64,000 bases of DNA, taken from the IMG/VR virus record IMGVR_UViG_2639763197_000004, positions 1 to 64,000 of that record. The stretch is one strand, 5' to 3'. Origin of the DNA: a virus. Its lineage: Duplodnaviria > Caudoviricetes. The notes below the pieces were generated by a model. That model made no database searches, was not told the origin of the DNA, and was given only the letters and a program-made list of their open reading frames with translations. The translations under genes were made by a program, and so were the position numbers. Of this stretch, positions 1-9,383 are shown in pieces; position 1 is the stretch's first letter; each line of letters starts with the position of its first letter.

Positions 1-1725
1 ATGAACTACCAACCCTTTACCCGAACCTTGATCGCGACGGCCCTGGTCCTGACATTCAGCGGTGTGCAGGCGGCCTCCCAGGCCCCGGTGGCCGGTGAAA
101 ACGGCATGGTGGTGACGGCCCAGCATTTGGCGACCCATGTGGGCGTCGATGTGTTGAAGGCCGGCGGCAACGCCGTGGATGCGGCTGTCGCCGTGGGTTA
201 CGCCCTGGCGGTGGTTTATCCGGCGGCGGGTAACCTGGGGGGCGGTGGGTTCATGACCGTGCAACTGGCGGACGGGCGCAAGACCTTCCTCGACTTCCGC
301 GAAAAAGCCCCATTGGCGGCCACCGCCGACATGTACCTGGACAAGGACGGCAACGTCGTCCCCGGCCTCAGCGCCAAGGGCCACCTGGCCGTCGGCGTAC
401 CCGGCACCGTCTCCGGCATGGAGCTGGCCCTGAGCAAATACGGCACCCTCAAGCGCGCCCAAGTCATCGCGCCGGCAATCAAGCTCGCAGAAAACGGCTT
501 CGCCCTCGACCAGGGCGATATCGACATGCTGCATAGCGCCACCGAAGAGTTCAAAAAAGATCAGGACCTGCGCGGCATCTTCCTCAACAAGGGTGAGCCA
601 CTGCAGGTCGGGCAGAAACTGGTGCAAAAAGACCTGGCCCGCACCCTGCGGGAAATCTCCGCCAAGGGCACCGATGGCTTCTACAAAGGCTGGGTGGCCA
701 AGGCCATTGTCGATTCCAGTCAGGCCGGCAAGGGCATCATCGCCCAGGCCGACCTGGACAAATACCAGACCCGCGAACTGGCGCCCATCGAGTGCGATTA
801 TCGCGGCTACCACGTAGTCTCGGCGCCACCACCCAGCTCGGGCGGCTTGGTGATTTGCCAGATCATGAACATCCTCGAAGGCTACCCCATGGCCGAACTG
901 GGCTACGGCTCGGCCCAGGGCACCCATTACCAGATCGAAGCCATGCGCCACGCCTACGTCGACCGCAACAGCTATCTGGGCGACCCGGACTTTGTACAGA
1001 ACCCGGTGGAGCACCTGCTGGACAAGAACTACGCCGCCAAACTGCGCGCCGCCATCGAGCCGCAAAAGGCTGGCGACTCCATGGCCATCAAGCCCGGCGT
1101 CGCGCCCCATGAAGGCAGCAACACCACCCATTACTCCATCGTCGACAAATGGGGCAACGCAGTCTCGGTGACCTACACCCTCAACGACTGGTTCGGCGCC
1201 GGCGTCATGGCCAGCAAGACCGGGGTGATCTTGAACGACGAGATGGACGACTTCACCGTCAAGGTCGGCGTGCCCAACATGTACGGCCTGGTCCAGGGCG
1301 AAGCCAACGCCATCGCCCCAGGCAAGGCGCCACTGTCGTCCATGAGCCCGACCATCGTCACCAAGGACGGCAAGGCCGTGATGGTCATCGGCACACCGGG
1401 CGGCAGCCGCATCATCACCGCCACCTTGCTGACCATCCTCAACGTCATCGACTACAAGATGAACATCCAGGAAGCCGTCAACGCCCCACGCTTCCACCAA
1501 CAGTGGATGCCCGACAGCACCAACCTCGAAACCTTCGCCCTGAGCCCCGACACCCAGAAAATCCTCGAAAGCTGGGGCCACAAATTCGCCGCCCCCCAAG
1601 ACGCCAACCACCTGGCCGCCATCCTCGTCGGCGCCCCATCCCTGGACGGCAAACCCGTGGGCAACAACCGCTTCTACGGCGCCAACGACCCACGGCGCAA
1701 CACCGGGCTGTCATTGGGCTACTAA
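1..1725 (+). CDS. ggt: Gamma-glutamyltranspeptidase
   Basis: 574-aa ORF with signal peptide, GGNAVDAA, DFRE, autocleavage site N|TTHYS, PLSSMSP and GTPGG motifs. Confidence 0.97.
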   Translation: MNYQPFTRTLIATALVLTFSGVQAASQAPVAGENGMVVTAQHLATHVGVDVLKAGGNAVDAAVAVGYALAVVYPAAGNLGGGGFMTVQLADGRKTFLDFREKAPLAATADMYLDKDGNVVPGLSAKGHLAVGVPGTVSGMELALSKYGTLKRAQVIAPAIKLAENGFALDQGDIDMLHSATEEFKKDQDLRGIFLNKGEPLQVGQKLVQKDLARTLREISAKGTDGFYKGWVAKAIVDSSQAGKGIIAQADLDKYQTRELAPIECDYRGYHVVSAPPPSSGGLVICQIMNILEGYPMAELGYGSAQGTHYQIEAMRHAYVDRNSYLGDPDFVQNPVEHLLDKNYAAKLRAAIEPQKAGDSMAIKPGVAPHEGSNTTHYSIVDKWGNAVSVTYTLNDWFGAGVMASKTGVILNDEMDDFTVKVGVPNMYGLVQGEANAIAPGKAPLSSMSPTIVTKDGKAVMVIGTPGGSRIITATLLTILNVIDYKMNIQEAVNAPRFHQQWMPDSTNLETFALSPDTQKILESWGHKFAAPQDANHLAAILVGAPSLDGKPVGNNRFYGANDPRRNTGLSLGY

Positions 1726-1794
1726 CCCCAGGCAGGGCAGGGGCCTGCCGCCCTTGCTCTGCTTCACAGAAGAATATTTTTTGAAATCAAGGGG

Positions 1795-1823
1795 TTGCCA
1801 GTCCCGGCAAATCAGTACATAAT
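1795..1823 (+). promoter_or_regulatory. Sigma70-like promoter for the tRNA
   Basis: TTGCCA-17 bp-CATAAT with an AT-rich upstream stretch and GC-rich discriminator. Confidence 0.6.
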
Positions 1824-1954
1824 TGCCGCCATCGAACGCACTGAGGCATAAAAAACTTCAATGTTTTCAATGAGATAGAGTAGAGGCTAGCTTCACATAG
1901 CCCACTCAAGTTTATATGCGGTGAATGTCGGTTATTTTGGCATTGATCGTTTGA

Positions 1955-2028
1955 GGCCGAGTAGCAAAATGGTTATGCAGCGGATTGCAAATCCGCCTAC
2001 GCCGGTTCGATTCCGACCTCGGCCTCCA
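1955..2028 (+). tRNA. tRNA-Cys(GCA); probable attachment site of the lambdoid prophage
   Basis: GGCCGAG/CTCGGCC acceptor stem, anticodon arm GCGGA-TTGCAAA-TCCGC, GGTTCGATTCC T-arm, encoded CCA. Confidence 0.97.
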
Positions 2029-2034
2029 CTCTTG

Positions 2035-2068
2035 AAAGCCCCGTAGATTAACGTCTACGGGGTTTTTT
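2035..2068 (+). terminator. Intrinsic terminator after the tRNA
   Basis: CCCCGTAGA-ttaacg-TCTACGGGG followed by a T tract. Confidence 0.85.
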
Positions 2069-2087
2069 ATTGCCTGCAGGAAAGTGC

Positions 2088-2125
2088 TGGAGTTCCGAAA
2101 CTTTAGAGGGTGGAGTTCCGAAACT
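2088..2125. repeat. 15-bp direct repeat TGGAGTTCCGAAACT x2; probable integrase arm-type sites of attL
   Basis: Identical copies at 2088-2102 and 2111-2125, between the tRNA and the original 3' end of the integrase gene. Confidence 0.7.
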
Positions 2126-2200
2126 ATCTCATTTTGAAGGTGTAAGCGCGCGTCGGATTTGGCACCGCGTTGCACGATGATTGGCACGGCCTATTCGGGG

Positions 2201-2899
2201 TCAACCTGCTGAGTTTTGCGGGATGATTGGCACCTCAGGCCACTCGATTTTCAGGGGATAACCCTGTTGCTCATGCACTCGGTTCAGGGCCACCCGATAC
2301 TTCTTCCAGGCTTTGAGTGCTGCAACCTCTGAATCGGTCGCATCATCAATATCTACGGCGTCCTGAAACGGCCTGATTGCGTAATCAGCAATGGCGCGTC
2401 GGCTGGCGATTACGTTTTGAGCTTCCTCAGCCGGAGTGGGCATTGGAACAACTCGTTCCTGATATTCCGTGACAGGCTCACCCGCTTCAATCTTTGCAAG
2501 GACTTGCTCGTAAACCTCGGGGGTCTCTAGCCTTGTGGCGTGATATGGAAGGCCCTTGTAAATGACAACGTAGCTTCCATCAGTTCGGCTTTGGATATTC
2601 TCAATCGTCGGCTCTGGCACGGAAGGCTTCAATTCATCAGAAGTACTCGACCCCAGATATTTTTCGACTTTCGCCCCAGCCTCTATGCTCGCAAGGACCA
2701 GGGTGTATAGCTCGGGTGACTCCAGTTCTACGACATGATGGGGCGCCCCGTTATAGGTCACCATATAGCTCCCATCGGACACCCTCTGGATATTCTCGAT
2801 AGTAGGCTCTGCTGGGACTCCCACCAGATCGCGGGCGATGGTTACATTTGACGACCCTACAATCGCCACTTTCTTAGTCGTCATTATGCAATCCTCCAT
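2201..2899 (-). CDS. Tail fibre assembly chaperone with duplicated N-terminal module
   Basis: C-terminal 'PFQDAVDIDDAT..WKKYRVALNRV..YP..IEWP' Tfa motif; follows the fibre gene. Start may be 2884. Confidence 0.85.
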   Translation of the reverse strand: MEDCIMTTKKVAIVGSSNVTIARDLVGVPAEPTIENIQRVSDGSYMVTYNGAPHHVVELESPELYTLVLASIEAGAKVEKYLGSSTSDELKPSVPEPTIENIQSRTDGSYVVIYKGLPYHATRLETPEVYEQVLAKIEAGEPVTEYQERVVPMPTPAEEAQNVIASRRAIADYAIRPFQDAVDIDDATDSEVAALKAWKKYRVALNRVHEQQGYPLKIEWPEVPIIPQNSAG

Positions 2900-3963
2900 G
2901 CAAAACCATTTGAACTGTTTGTGAATCCGACAGTTGTTCCACCTGTCGTCACCCCAGCACCACTTTGAGCAATCACCCCGACGTTGTTGTAGCTAACGAC
3001 AAAGTAAGCCCATGTCCCACCCGCTGGAATAGCTCCCGACCCGCTCAGGCCCACCCACTGCCCAGTGACAGGCTTCATGAACGAAGTGAGCGTGTGAACA
3101 TCTGTGAGACCGTAACCAGCAGCGGTTGATGCCCTGTCTGCCTTGAAAACGAGTTTGTAATCAACATCAACGGCACGATACGAGTCCGTGATTCGATAGT
3201 CGGCCAGAGTGGTTCCCCAATTGGCCTTGGCATCCAGCCTGTAGTCCACGTCGACTACACGATAACAGTCAGTAATTCCATAGCCTTGTATGGTCGTTGC
3301 TTTGTCGGCCTTGCCGGACAGACCATTAATTACGTCAGTCGCAAAATTTGGGTTGTTGTTGAGCGACTTAGCAAGCTCTTCAATCGTATCTACAGCACCG
3401 GGAGCGGCACCGATCAGTCGAGCAACCTCTCCGTTGATAAGTGCTTCGACCTGCGTTTTAGTAAAGGCATCGTAGATGCCATGCCCCGCTAGCGTGGTTG
3501 GTATTCCAGTCAGACTCGAAAAGGAGTGGCCGTGATTTGCAGGTGCCAAGAGGAAATTGGTGCCGGTCGATGTCTGGCGCATGTAGGGTTGTGCTGGGTT
3601 GTCGCCAGCAAACCCAATGGTATCGGCCCAATCCCCATTAATCTTGCCATTCAGCTTGTGGTCGATATCGACGGCACGATAGGTATCAGTAATGCCATAG
3701 CCACCAAGCGTGGTTGGCTTGTTCAGCAGCTTATTAAAGTCAGCTGCTGACCCTGCCAACGCGCTGACAGCCTTGGACAGTTGGGTGTCATCGTTTTTAT
3801 TGAGATTCAGCCCAGCAGCGAGAATAACCGCCACAATCTCTCGCTGAATGGCGTTCAGCCAAGCTGCCTTGATCAGTGTCGCGTCTGCCCCAGCTTGTGG
3901 GTTGCCCTCGGTAAACTCGCCATCAGCATTCGCGGTGCTGGTGCTGTCGCTGATCTTCTGCAT
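2884..3963 (-). CDS. Tail fibre protein
   Basis: N-terminal 'FTEGNP..AT.I.AAWLNAIQRE' anchor; TTLxGYGITD repeats; DTIEELAKSLNNNPNFA motif. Start taken at ATG 3963. Confidence 0.88.
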   Translation of the reverse strand: MQKISDSTSTANADGEFTEGNPQAGADATLIKAAWLNAIQREIVAVILAAGLNLNKNDDTQLSKAVSALAGSAADFNKLLNKPTTLGGYGITDTYRAVDIDHKLNGKINGDWADTIGFAGDNPAQPYMRQTSTGTNFLLAPANHGHSFSSLTGIPTTLAGHGIYDAFTKTQVEALINGEVARLIGAAPGAVDTIEELAKSLNNNPNFATDVINGLSGKADKATTIQGYGITDCYRVVDVDYRLDAKANWGTTLADYRITDSYRAVDVDYKLVFKADRASTAAGYGLTDVHTLTSFMKPVTGQWVGLSGSGAIPAGGTWAYFVVSYNNVGVIAQSGAGVTTGGTTVGFTNSSNGFAWRIA

Positions 3964-4538
3964 TAGTTGTCTCCGTAACCGAACAGCAAAATGGACTCGG
4001 CGGGCTTCATCTGGCCCAGCCGACACTCCAGGGCTCTGTTGCCCCAGACGGATAAAGGATCGCCAGCGCCCGTAGCACCGGCCCTGGCATAACTCACCGT
4101 TACGGCCGGAGCGTTAACCCGCCAGGTGAAGTCCCAGTCAGCACCGTTGATGGGGTCGCCAGCTCGCGCTATGCCAACTCGCGCTGGTCGGAATGTGGTG
4201 ATGGTGATGTCGTAGCCCAAAGACTTAGCCAGGGCGATAAAGAAGGATTTACTTTGGCCTGCACGGCCAGGCAGCTTGCTAACAACGGCCTTTACACGTT
4301 GGCCGACAGTCTGGGCTTGGCCGAGCAGGCAGGGGTCGGGCAAGGCCAGCACCCGCTCCCAATCGGCAAGCCCTTCGCCGGAATCGGGAAAAATTGTGTT
4401 GTAAACCACGTTTGCCTGGGCGTCGGCCAGGTCCATGGCATTGGCTTCGGCCTCAATGGTGGCTGACAGGTAAGGCGCCGACCCGTCATAGGAAACAGGC
4501 GGCAGCAGCAACCGGAGCTGATCGGCGAGCGTGGTCAT
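3963..4538 (-). CDS. Mu gp48/YmfQ-like baseplate protein
   Basis: LADWERVLALPD, FFIALAKSLGY, LECRL..KPA motifs; follows the J-like gene. Confidence 0.85.
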   Translation of the reverse strand: MTTLADQLRLLLPPVSYDGSAPYLSATIEAEANAMDLADAQANVVYNTIFPDSGEGLADWERVLALPDPCLLGQAQTVGQRVKAVVSKLPGRAGQSKSFFIALAKSLGYDITITTFRPARVGIARAGDPINGADWDFTWRVNAPAVTVSYARAGATGAGDPLSVWGNRALECRLGQMKPAESILLFGYGDN

Positions 4539-5605
4539 TCCAGCAGGCCCAAAATGATGGTGCCGGGGCGAATCCAGCCAATAAGCGCCGGGTCATCGGA
4601 CGCTTTGACGTTCCCGGCTGGAGCAGTGACAGCACGGTCCAGGACGCCAGCCAGGTTGTTGATCATGGCTTCGATCTGTGAGCGTTTGAGGGGCTCGCGG
4701 GGCTTTAACGCGCCCAGAAGGACGTTGTAAGCCTTTTGCGCTGCGGCCTGCACTTCGGCCAGAGTGAAGCCTGGGGCTAGTTCAATTTTGGCGGCGGCGT
4801 TGACTACGCGGATAGTTGGCGCGTAGACCCATAGGTCGGCGATCACTGAGCACTGGTCTTGTATATGTGCCAGGCATGCCGCAATGACCTCGGCCGAAGG
4901 GTTACCAGAGCTGGCGGTGATGACTACATCAACGGTGCCGCCCCCTCTACGCAGGGGGATAGGCAGCGCGTCGGCTACTCCATCGACCTCCAACGCCCAA
5001 CGACGGTAGTCATAGGCCGCACCACCGGCCGGGGGCGACTGGATGATGTCCAGGTAACGGGCCAGCAGGGATTCAACTGTCTCCCGTTCTTCGCCGCCCG
5101 TAGTCTTGCCGATGAAAGTAGCGGCCGCGTCCATGCCCAACGGCGGGCTGGTTAGCACCAGGGCGCCCGTCAGATCGTTGAGTGCAACACCGACGGTTTG
5201 GGCTTCGACCAGGACCGAGGCAGTGCCATCGGTGCCAATGTTCGCGCTAGCTTTGGCGGTGAACAGTTCGCCCGTGACAACGTGTTTTAAGGTGGCACCA
5301 AGCAGCAACGGTACGCCGGGCGTGCCTTTGAGTGCAGCCGTACCGGTGGCCGCTACGGGGTCTTTTTGTAGCACCCCCCTAAGCGCGGCCGCGTGGACCA
5401 GTTCCTCTTCGTCGGCAGTGTCCGGGAAAATCTGGCGGTATACCCAGGCCAGCTTCTGATATAGCCCCTCAATAGCCGAGGCCACAGCGGCCGAGCGTAC
5501 ATAGTTGTCGCTGTCGGGGCCGATATCGGCTTCGGTTTGAAGGTTGCGAATGTCGCGCAGGATGCCGCGCAGAATCTCGTCCAGGCCGGGGGCGGTATAA
5601 GCCAT
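4535..5605 (-). CDS. Baseplate J / Mu gp47-like wedge protein
   Basis: IFPDTADEE, GGAAYDYRRWALEVDGV, GTVDV motifs. Confidence 0.9.
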   Translation of the reverse strand: MAYTAPGLDEILRGILRDIRNLQTEADIGPDSDNYVRSAAVASAIEGLYQKLAWVYRQIFPDTADEEELVHAAALRGVLQKDPVAATGTAALKGTPGVPLLLGATLKHVVTGELFTAKASANIGTDGTASVLVEAQTVGVALNDLTGALVLTSPPLGMDAAATFIGKTTGGEERETVESLLARYLDIIQSPPAGGAAYDYRRWALEVDGVADALPIPLRRGGGTVDVVITASSGNPSAEVIAACLAHIQDQCSVIADLWVYAPTIRVVNAAAKIELAPGFTLAEVQAAAQKAYNVLLGALKPREPLKRSQIEAMINNLAGVLDRAVTAPAGNVKASDDPALIGWIRPGTIILGLLE

Positions 5606-5606
5606 G

Positions 5607-5957
5607 TCAATTCACCCTTACAGGTTGGCGAAACACCTGCGGATTGCCGGTGGCGTCGGTGATGTCGATTTGCAAGTGAAGCCAGCCGTTGTGGGGCTGC
5701 TCGACGGTGATGGTGATGTCTTGGGCACGGCCGTCATCGAGCAGCGGCTGGAGCGCCTGCTCGGCGTATTGTTTGGCGAGCTTGCCGACCCGTGGCAGGT
5801 CTTTGGAGCGTTTCAGCTCATGCAGGCGGGAGCCCACGGTGGTGTCTTTCCACCAGGTGCCGATGGGTGTCATGAGGCGGATATAAACGGCGTTGCCCAG
5901 CGTATTGATACGCTGGCCCGTCAAGTCGCCAGTGGTTGGGTTTATGCCTGCGTCCAT
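5607..5957 (-). CDS. Mu gp46-like baseplate protein
   Basis: WW.D..GSRLHEL and YAEQALQPL motifs. Confidence 0.85.
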   Translation of the reverse strand: MDAGINPTTGDLTGQRINTLGNAVYIRLMTPIGTWWKDTTVGSRLHELKRSKDLPRVGKLAKQYAEQALQPLLDDGRAQDITITVEQPHNGWLHLQIDITDATGNPQVFRQPVRVN

Positions 5958-5990
5958 AGGCTGGCATAGTGGCGCGCAGTCTTAGAAAAC

Positions 5991-6012
5991 TGAGTATCAG
6001 CGGGGTTTAAGA
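5991..6012 (-). promoter_or_regulatory. Late promoter box, copy 1 (probable Mor/C-family activator site)
   Basis: TGAGTATCAGCGGGGTTTAAGA, identical at 17556 and 26468, each upstream of a late gene block. Confidence 0.75.
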
Positions 6013-6054
6013 AAGGGCCGCATCTAGGAAAGAATGCGGCCAGCAAGCAGTCAG

Positions 6055-6306
6055 TTAATTTAGCCGGAGGTGGAGTTGTTCTGTGACATTAAGCTGCTCC
6101 TGCAAGCAGTACCTTCCACCATCAGGCGCAGGCACTAGTTTGGCGTTGGGTTGAGCCCTTCCTGCCGCACTCACAGGTACCAAACCTACGACTTCGCCAT
6201 TCTCTAAAACAGCCCAGGAAGCGACGCGATGGATGTTTAGATCACCATCCGCTCCCGAAACATGCACCCAGCCCGAACACGGTGAAATTTGCACAATTTT
6301 TGACAT
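6055..6306 (-). CDS. Accessory (moron) protein, 83 aa
   Basis: ORF with GGAG SD inserted between the spike and gp46 genes. Confidence 0.65.
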   Translation of the reverse strand: MSKIVQISPCSGWVHVSGADGDLNIHRVASWAVLENGEVVGLVPVSAAGRAQPNAKLVPAPDGGRYCLQEQLNVTEQLHLRLN

Positions 6307-6347
6307 GACGAATCTCCATTGCTGTGAACATTCGACGTTAGCACAGC

Positions 6348-6893
6348 TTATTGCTGTTGACCTGGTACTGGCCCGCCGCCGTGGTTATGACCGTTGTAGA
6401 TAAGTCGATCCGCCTGCATGGTCCGGGTATGGTCCGCAATTTCTCCCGTCGCCTTAACGTCCTCGCTCATTTCGACCAGGGGCGTTTCAAAGCGAACCTT
6501 GGTCGTGGCCTTGACCACCAGCGTGTCGGTTTCAATCTCGATCAACCGGCCGCGCTTCATGTGGATGTAGTCACCTTCATCGGTGTAGAGCGCAACTTCG
6601 CCGTCCTTGAGTACGACGCGATATCGCCCATCTTCGCTGGCGATGACAACCACATGTTTACTGTTTCCACCAATGGGGAGAGCGATAAATTCAGCGCCAG
6701 GCAGCGGGGCCGAGGTAAACCCGTAGTACTGCATCTGCTCGCCGGAAACCGACTCGCCCGCTAGGCCTTCCATTTCGATGCCAATCAACTTGCCATGGGT
6801 GTTGCGTGCTGCCGTGCCACGGAAGGCCTGGCGTACGCTGCTCATCACTCTACTAACCTGCTCGCGCACCAGGCGCGCCATATTGCTCATCAT
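6348..6893 (-). CDS. Baseplate spike V / Mu gp45
   Basis: Q.YGFTSAPL.G, GEVALY and C-terminal HNH metal-binding tip. Confidence 0.88.
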   Translation of the reverse strand: MMSNMARLVREQVSRVMSSVRQAFRGTAARNTHGKLIGIEMEGLAGESVSGEQMQYYGFTSAPLPGAEFIALPIGGNSKHVVVIASEDGRYRVVLKDGEVALYTDEGDYIHMKRGRLIEIETDTLVVKATTKVRFETPLVEMSEDVKATGEIADHTRTMQADRLIYNGHNHGGGPVPGQQQ

Positions 6894-8029
6894 GCGTTCC
6901 TGATAATTTCGACCAACTCAGCGTCCGGGTCAGCCTTCTTACCCTTGCCCTTGCGCTTCTTGGTCGGGTTGCCATCCAGCACCCACAACTTATCCTCGCG
7001 CAACCGCAACTCAGTGATGCGCCCTTCACTACGGGTCAGACGCAATGTGCGCGACATCAAAAAGTAGGTCGCATCCAATCCATGAGGTTCGCTACGAACA
7101 ATGACGCGCTGGCCTGGGCTCCAGACCTGGCCGTTATCGGCACGGTGGCCCATCACCACTGCGCGGATCTCGAAACCTTCCAGGCGACTGTCGGCTAGCA
7201 GCTTACGACCGCGAGTGGTCGCCATGTCCTGGTTCTCGCTGGAGCTATCAATGACCACCTTCGGCCGGAAGATCCCACGACGGGCCAGGGTTTCGTCCTG
7301 GATGACCGAACGTAGGTGGGCGCGCTTGCTGTCCAGGCCGTCATTGTCGTACTGCCCATGCTGGCCCAGGACGGTGATCTGGCTGTACCGATTGGCGATG
7401 GAACGCCGCACACTAAGGCGCTGCACGTTATTGCCGACACCGTCTTCGCGCATGATCAGTGTTCCTACTGGCGCCGCGTTGTAATCCGGCCCGCCAATGA
7501 TCAAACGCCCGTCAGGCTCGACCCACGGCCACAGTCCATTGGCCTCGGCAACCTGGAGCAACGCCTCCCACGCACTCTGGCCCGGTTCGATCTGCACACG
7601 GCGCCGGGTCTTGGCCTGAGCGGCGCGGATCTCGACCTTGGTAATGCCCAGCGGTTTGACGACCTGGTCCAGGATCTGTGCGAGTGTGGCTTCGCGCATC
7701 GAGACGAACGGCGCCGAACAGTCGACCAGGGGCGCCGCACGGTCTCGGCCGGTGATACGCATCGAGATACCCTGACGGGAGATGTCGTGTTCAAACTCGT
7801 CTATTTGTCCCGTCAGCACGCGATCCTTACCCAAGGTCAGCGAGCATGGCGCGCCCTCGGCCAACACGCTGGGTAAGCGTGTGGCGTCCTTGGTATATAG
7901 CTCCAGCTCGAAACCATCAGACGCGATCAACAGGTCGGATTCAATCGACCAGCCATCCCATTCTTCATGGGCCAGGCCACCAATTGATAAGCGTATGGAT
8001 TCTTCCAGAGCTTTATTTGGCGTAGGCAC
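6890..8029 (-). CDS. Baseplate hub, Mu P/gp44-like
   Basis: ITGRDRAAPLVDCSA, EPGQSAWE, RYSQITVLGQ motifs. Confidence 0.88.
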   Translation of the reverse strand: MPTPNKALEESIRLSIGGLAHEEWDGWSIESDLLIASDGFELELYTKDATRLPSVLAEGAPCSLTLGKDRVLTGQIDEFEHDISRQGISMRITGRDRAAPLVDCSAPFVSMREATLAQILDQVVKPLGITKVEIRAAQAKTRRRVQIEPGQSAWEALLQVAEANGLWPWVEPDGRLIIGGPDYNAAPVGTLIMREDGVGNNVQRLSVRRSIANRYSQITVLGQHGQYDNDGLDSKRAHLRSVIQDETLARRGIFRPKVVIDSSSENQDMATTRGRKLLADSRLEGFEIRAVVMGHRADNGQVWSPGQRVIVRSEPHGLDATYFLMSRTLRLTRSEGRITELRLREDKLWVLDGNPTKKRKGKGKKADPDAELVEIIRNA

Positions 8030-9383
8030 GCAGTACCTCCCCGGCTTCGATGTTGTGGGGCGTTTTCAGGCCGGGATTGAGGCGGATCAACTCGGAGGCA
8101 CGGGTATGGTCGCCGTACCAGCGATGGGCCAGCAGGCGCAGGCTCGCTGGGGTTTCAACCACACGCTCGATCATGGGCGGGCTTTGCAGGATGACCTGGC
8201 GGGCGCGGGCTTGGATCAATGCGGCGACGTTACGCAACGCCTCAATGATCGGCCGGGCGGTCTCCACGTCGTATAGGTGACGTTGCAACAGTATGGATGA
8301 CTGCACCAGGGAGCGCACCAGGTTAACCAATCCCTCCAGTTCCAGTGGGCTCAAGGTCGGTGTGTCGGCTTCGTCCTCGATGACGGAGGCGACCGCCTGC
8401 GCGTGGGCCAATGCCAGTTCAGTGATGACCAGGACGACCAGGGCGAAACCGCTGGCGATCACCGGATCATCCGGCATGCCGATTGGCAGTAGTACCAAAC
8501 CGGTGCCGGTGTTACCTGGCACGCCTTCGACCAGCAGCTCGACGGTCGGCGCTACGCCTTGGCGGGCACCGATCAAAAAGCCGCTGCCTGCACGGGCGGC
8601 GTCGGCCGTCAGGCTGGCACTGCCAGGCAATGCGGCGGGCACGCCAGATCTGGCAAGCAGTGCTGTCGACGAACTGGGGGTACTGCCCTGGATCGCTGCG
8701 CGGATCTCTGAGGGCGTGCGCATCAGGTCCACCAGCGGATCAAAGGCCCCCGACGGCCGTTTAGCCATCGACCCAATGCCAGACACCACACCGAGGATCT
8801 GCGAGCGCAATTGTTGCAGACGCAGACCAATGCCTGGCAGGCCCAGAGCCTTTTCGATCAGGCCAACCCAGCCGCCACCGATCCACGATTGAATCTCGCC
8901 GACCAGGGAGTCAATGCGCCCGAACAGATCAAAGATGCCATCCTGCCAGGTGTATTCGTCCTCAAGCCCCAGCACGCCGATATCGACGAACTCAAATTGC
9001 CGCTCAAAAAACGGTGCATCGGGCGTGTCCTCGACAAACAGGATGCTGATCTCAGCATAGTCGGGACGCTCGGCGTGGTGTTTAACCTCGCCGGTATTGC
9101 TTACGACATTTAGGCTGCCATAGATCGGGTGGATCAGTTCGCCCGTACCTGGAGTGTTTAGGGTACGGAGGATGTTCTGGAGTTCGATCTCGTAATTGAC
9201 ACCGAACACCACCACTTGCATGGGAAAGCGTCGGGCGCCACGGCCCAAGTCTTTGACCCGGTCGCCGTCCTTGAACGGCGTCCCATGCTCTGACAGCGCA
9301 CGCTGCCATTGCATGCTTTCGCTTTCGATCTGGAGCGGAACGCCGCGAAAAGAGGCGTCCAGCAGGTTCTCTGCCCAGCTCAT
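8013..9383 (-). CDS. DNA circularisation protein, Mu N-like
   Basis: W...LLDASFRGVP, DLGRGAR, GELIHP.YG; C-terminal LAHRWYGD. Confidence 0.9.
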   Translation of the reverse strand: MSWAENLLDASFRGVPLQIESESMQWQRALSEHGTPFKDGDRVKDLGRGARRFPMQVVVFGVNYEIELQNILRTLNTPGTGELIHPIYGSLNVVSNTGEVKHHAERPDYAEISILFVEDTPDAPFFERQFEFVDIGVLGLEDEYTWQDGIFDLFGRIDSLVGEIQSWIGGGWVGLIEKALGLPGIGLRLQQLRSQILGVVSGIGSMAKRPSGAFDPLVDLMRTPSEIRAAIQGSTPSSSTALLARSGVPAALPGSASLTADAARAGSGFLIGARQGVAPTVELLVEGVPGNTGTGLVLLPIGMPDDPVIASGFALVVLVITELALAHAQAVASVIEDEADTPTLSPLELEGLVNLVRSLVQSSILLQRHLYDVETARPIIEALRNVAALIQARARQVILQSPPMIERVVETPASLRLLAHRWYGDHTRASELIRLNPGLKTPHNIEAGEVLRAYAK

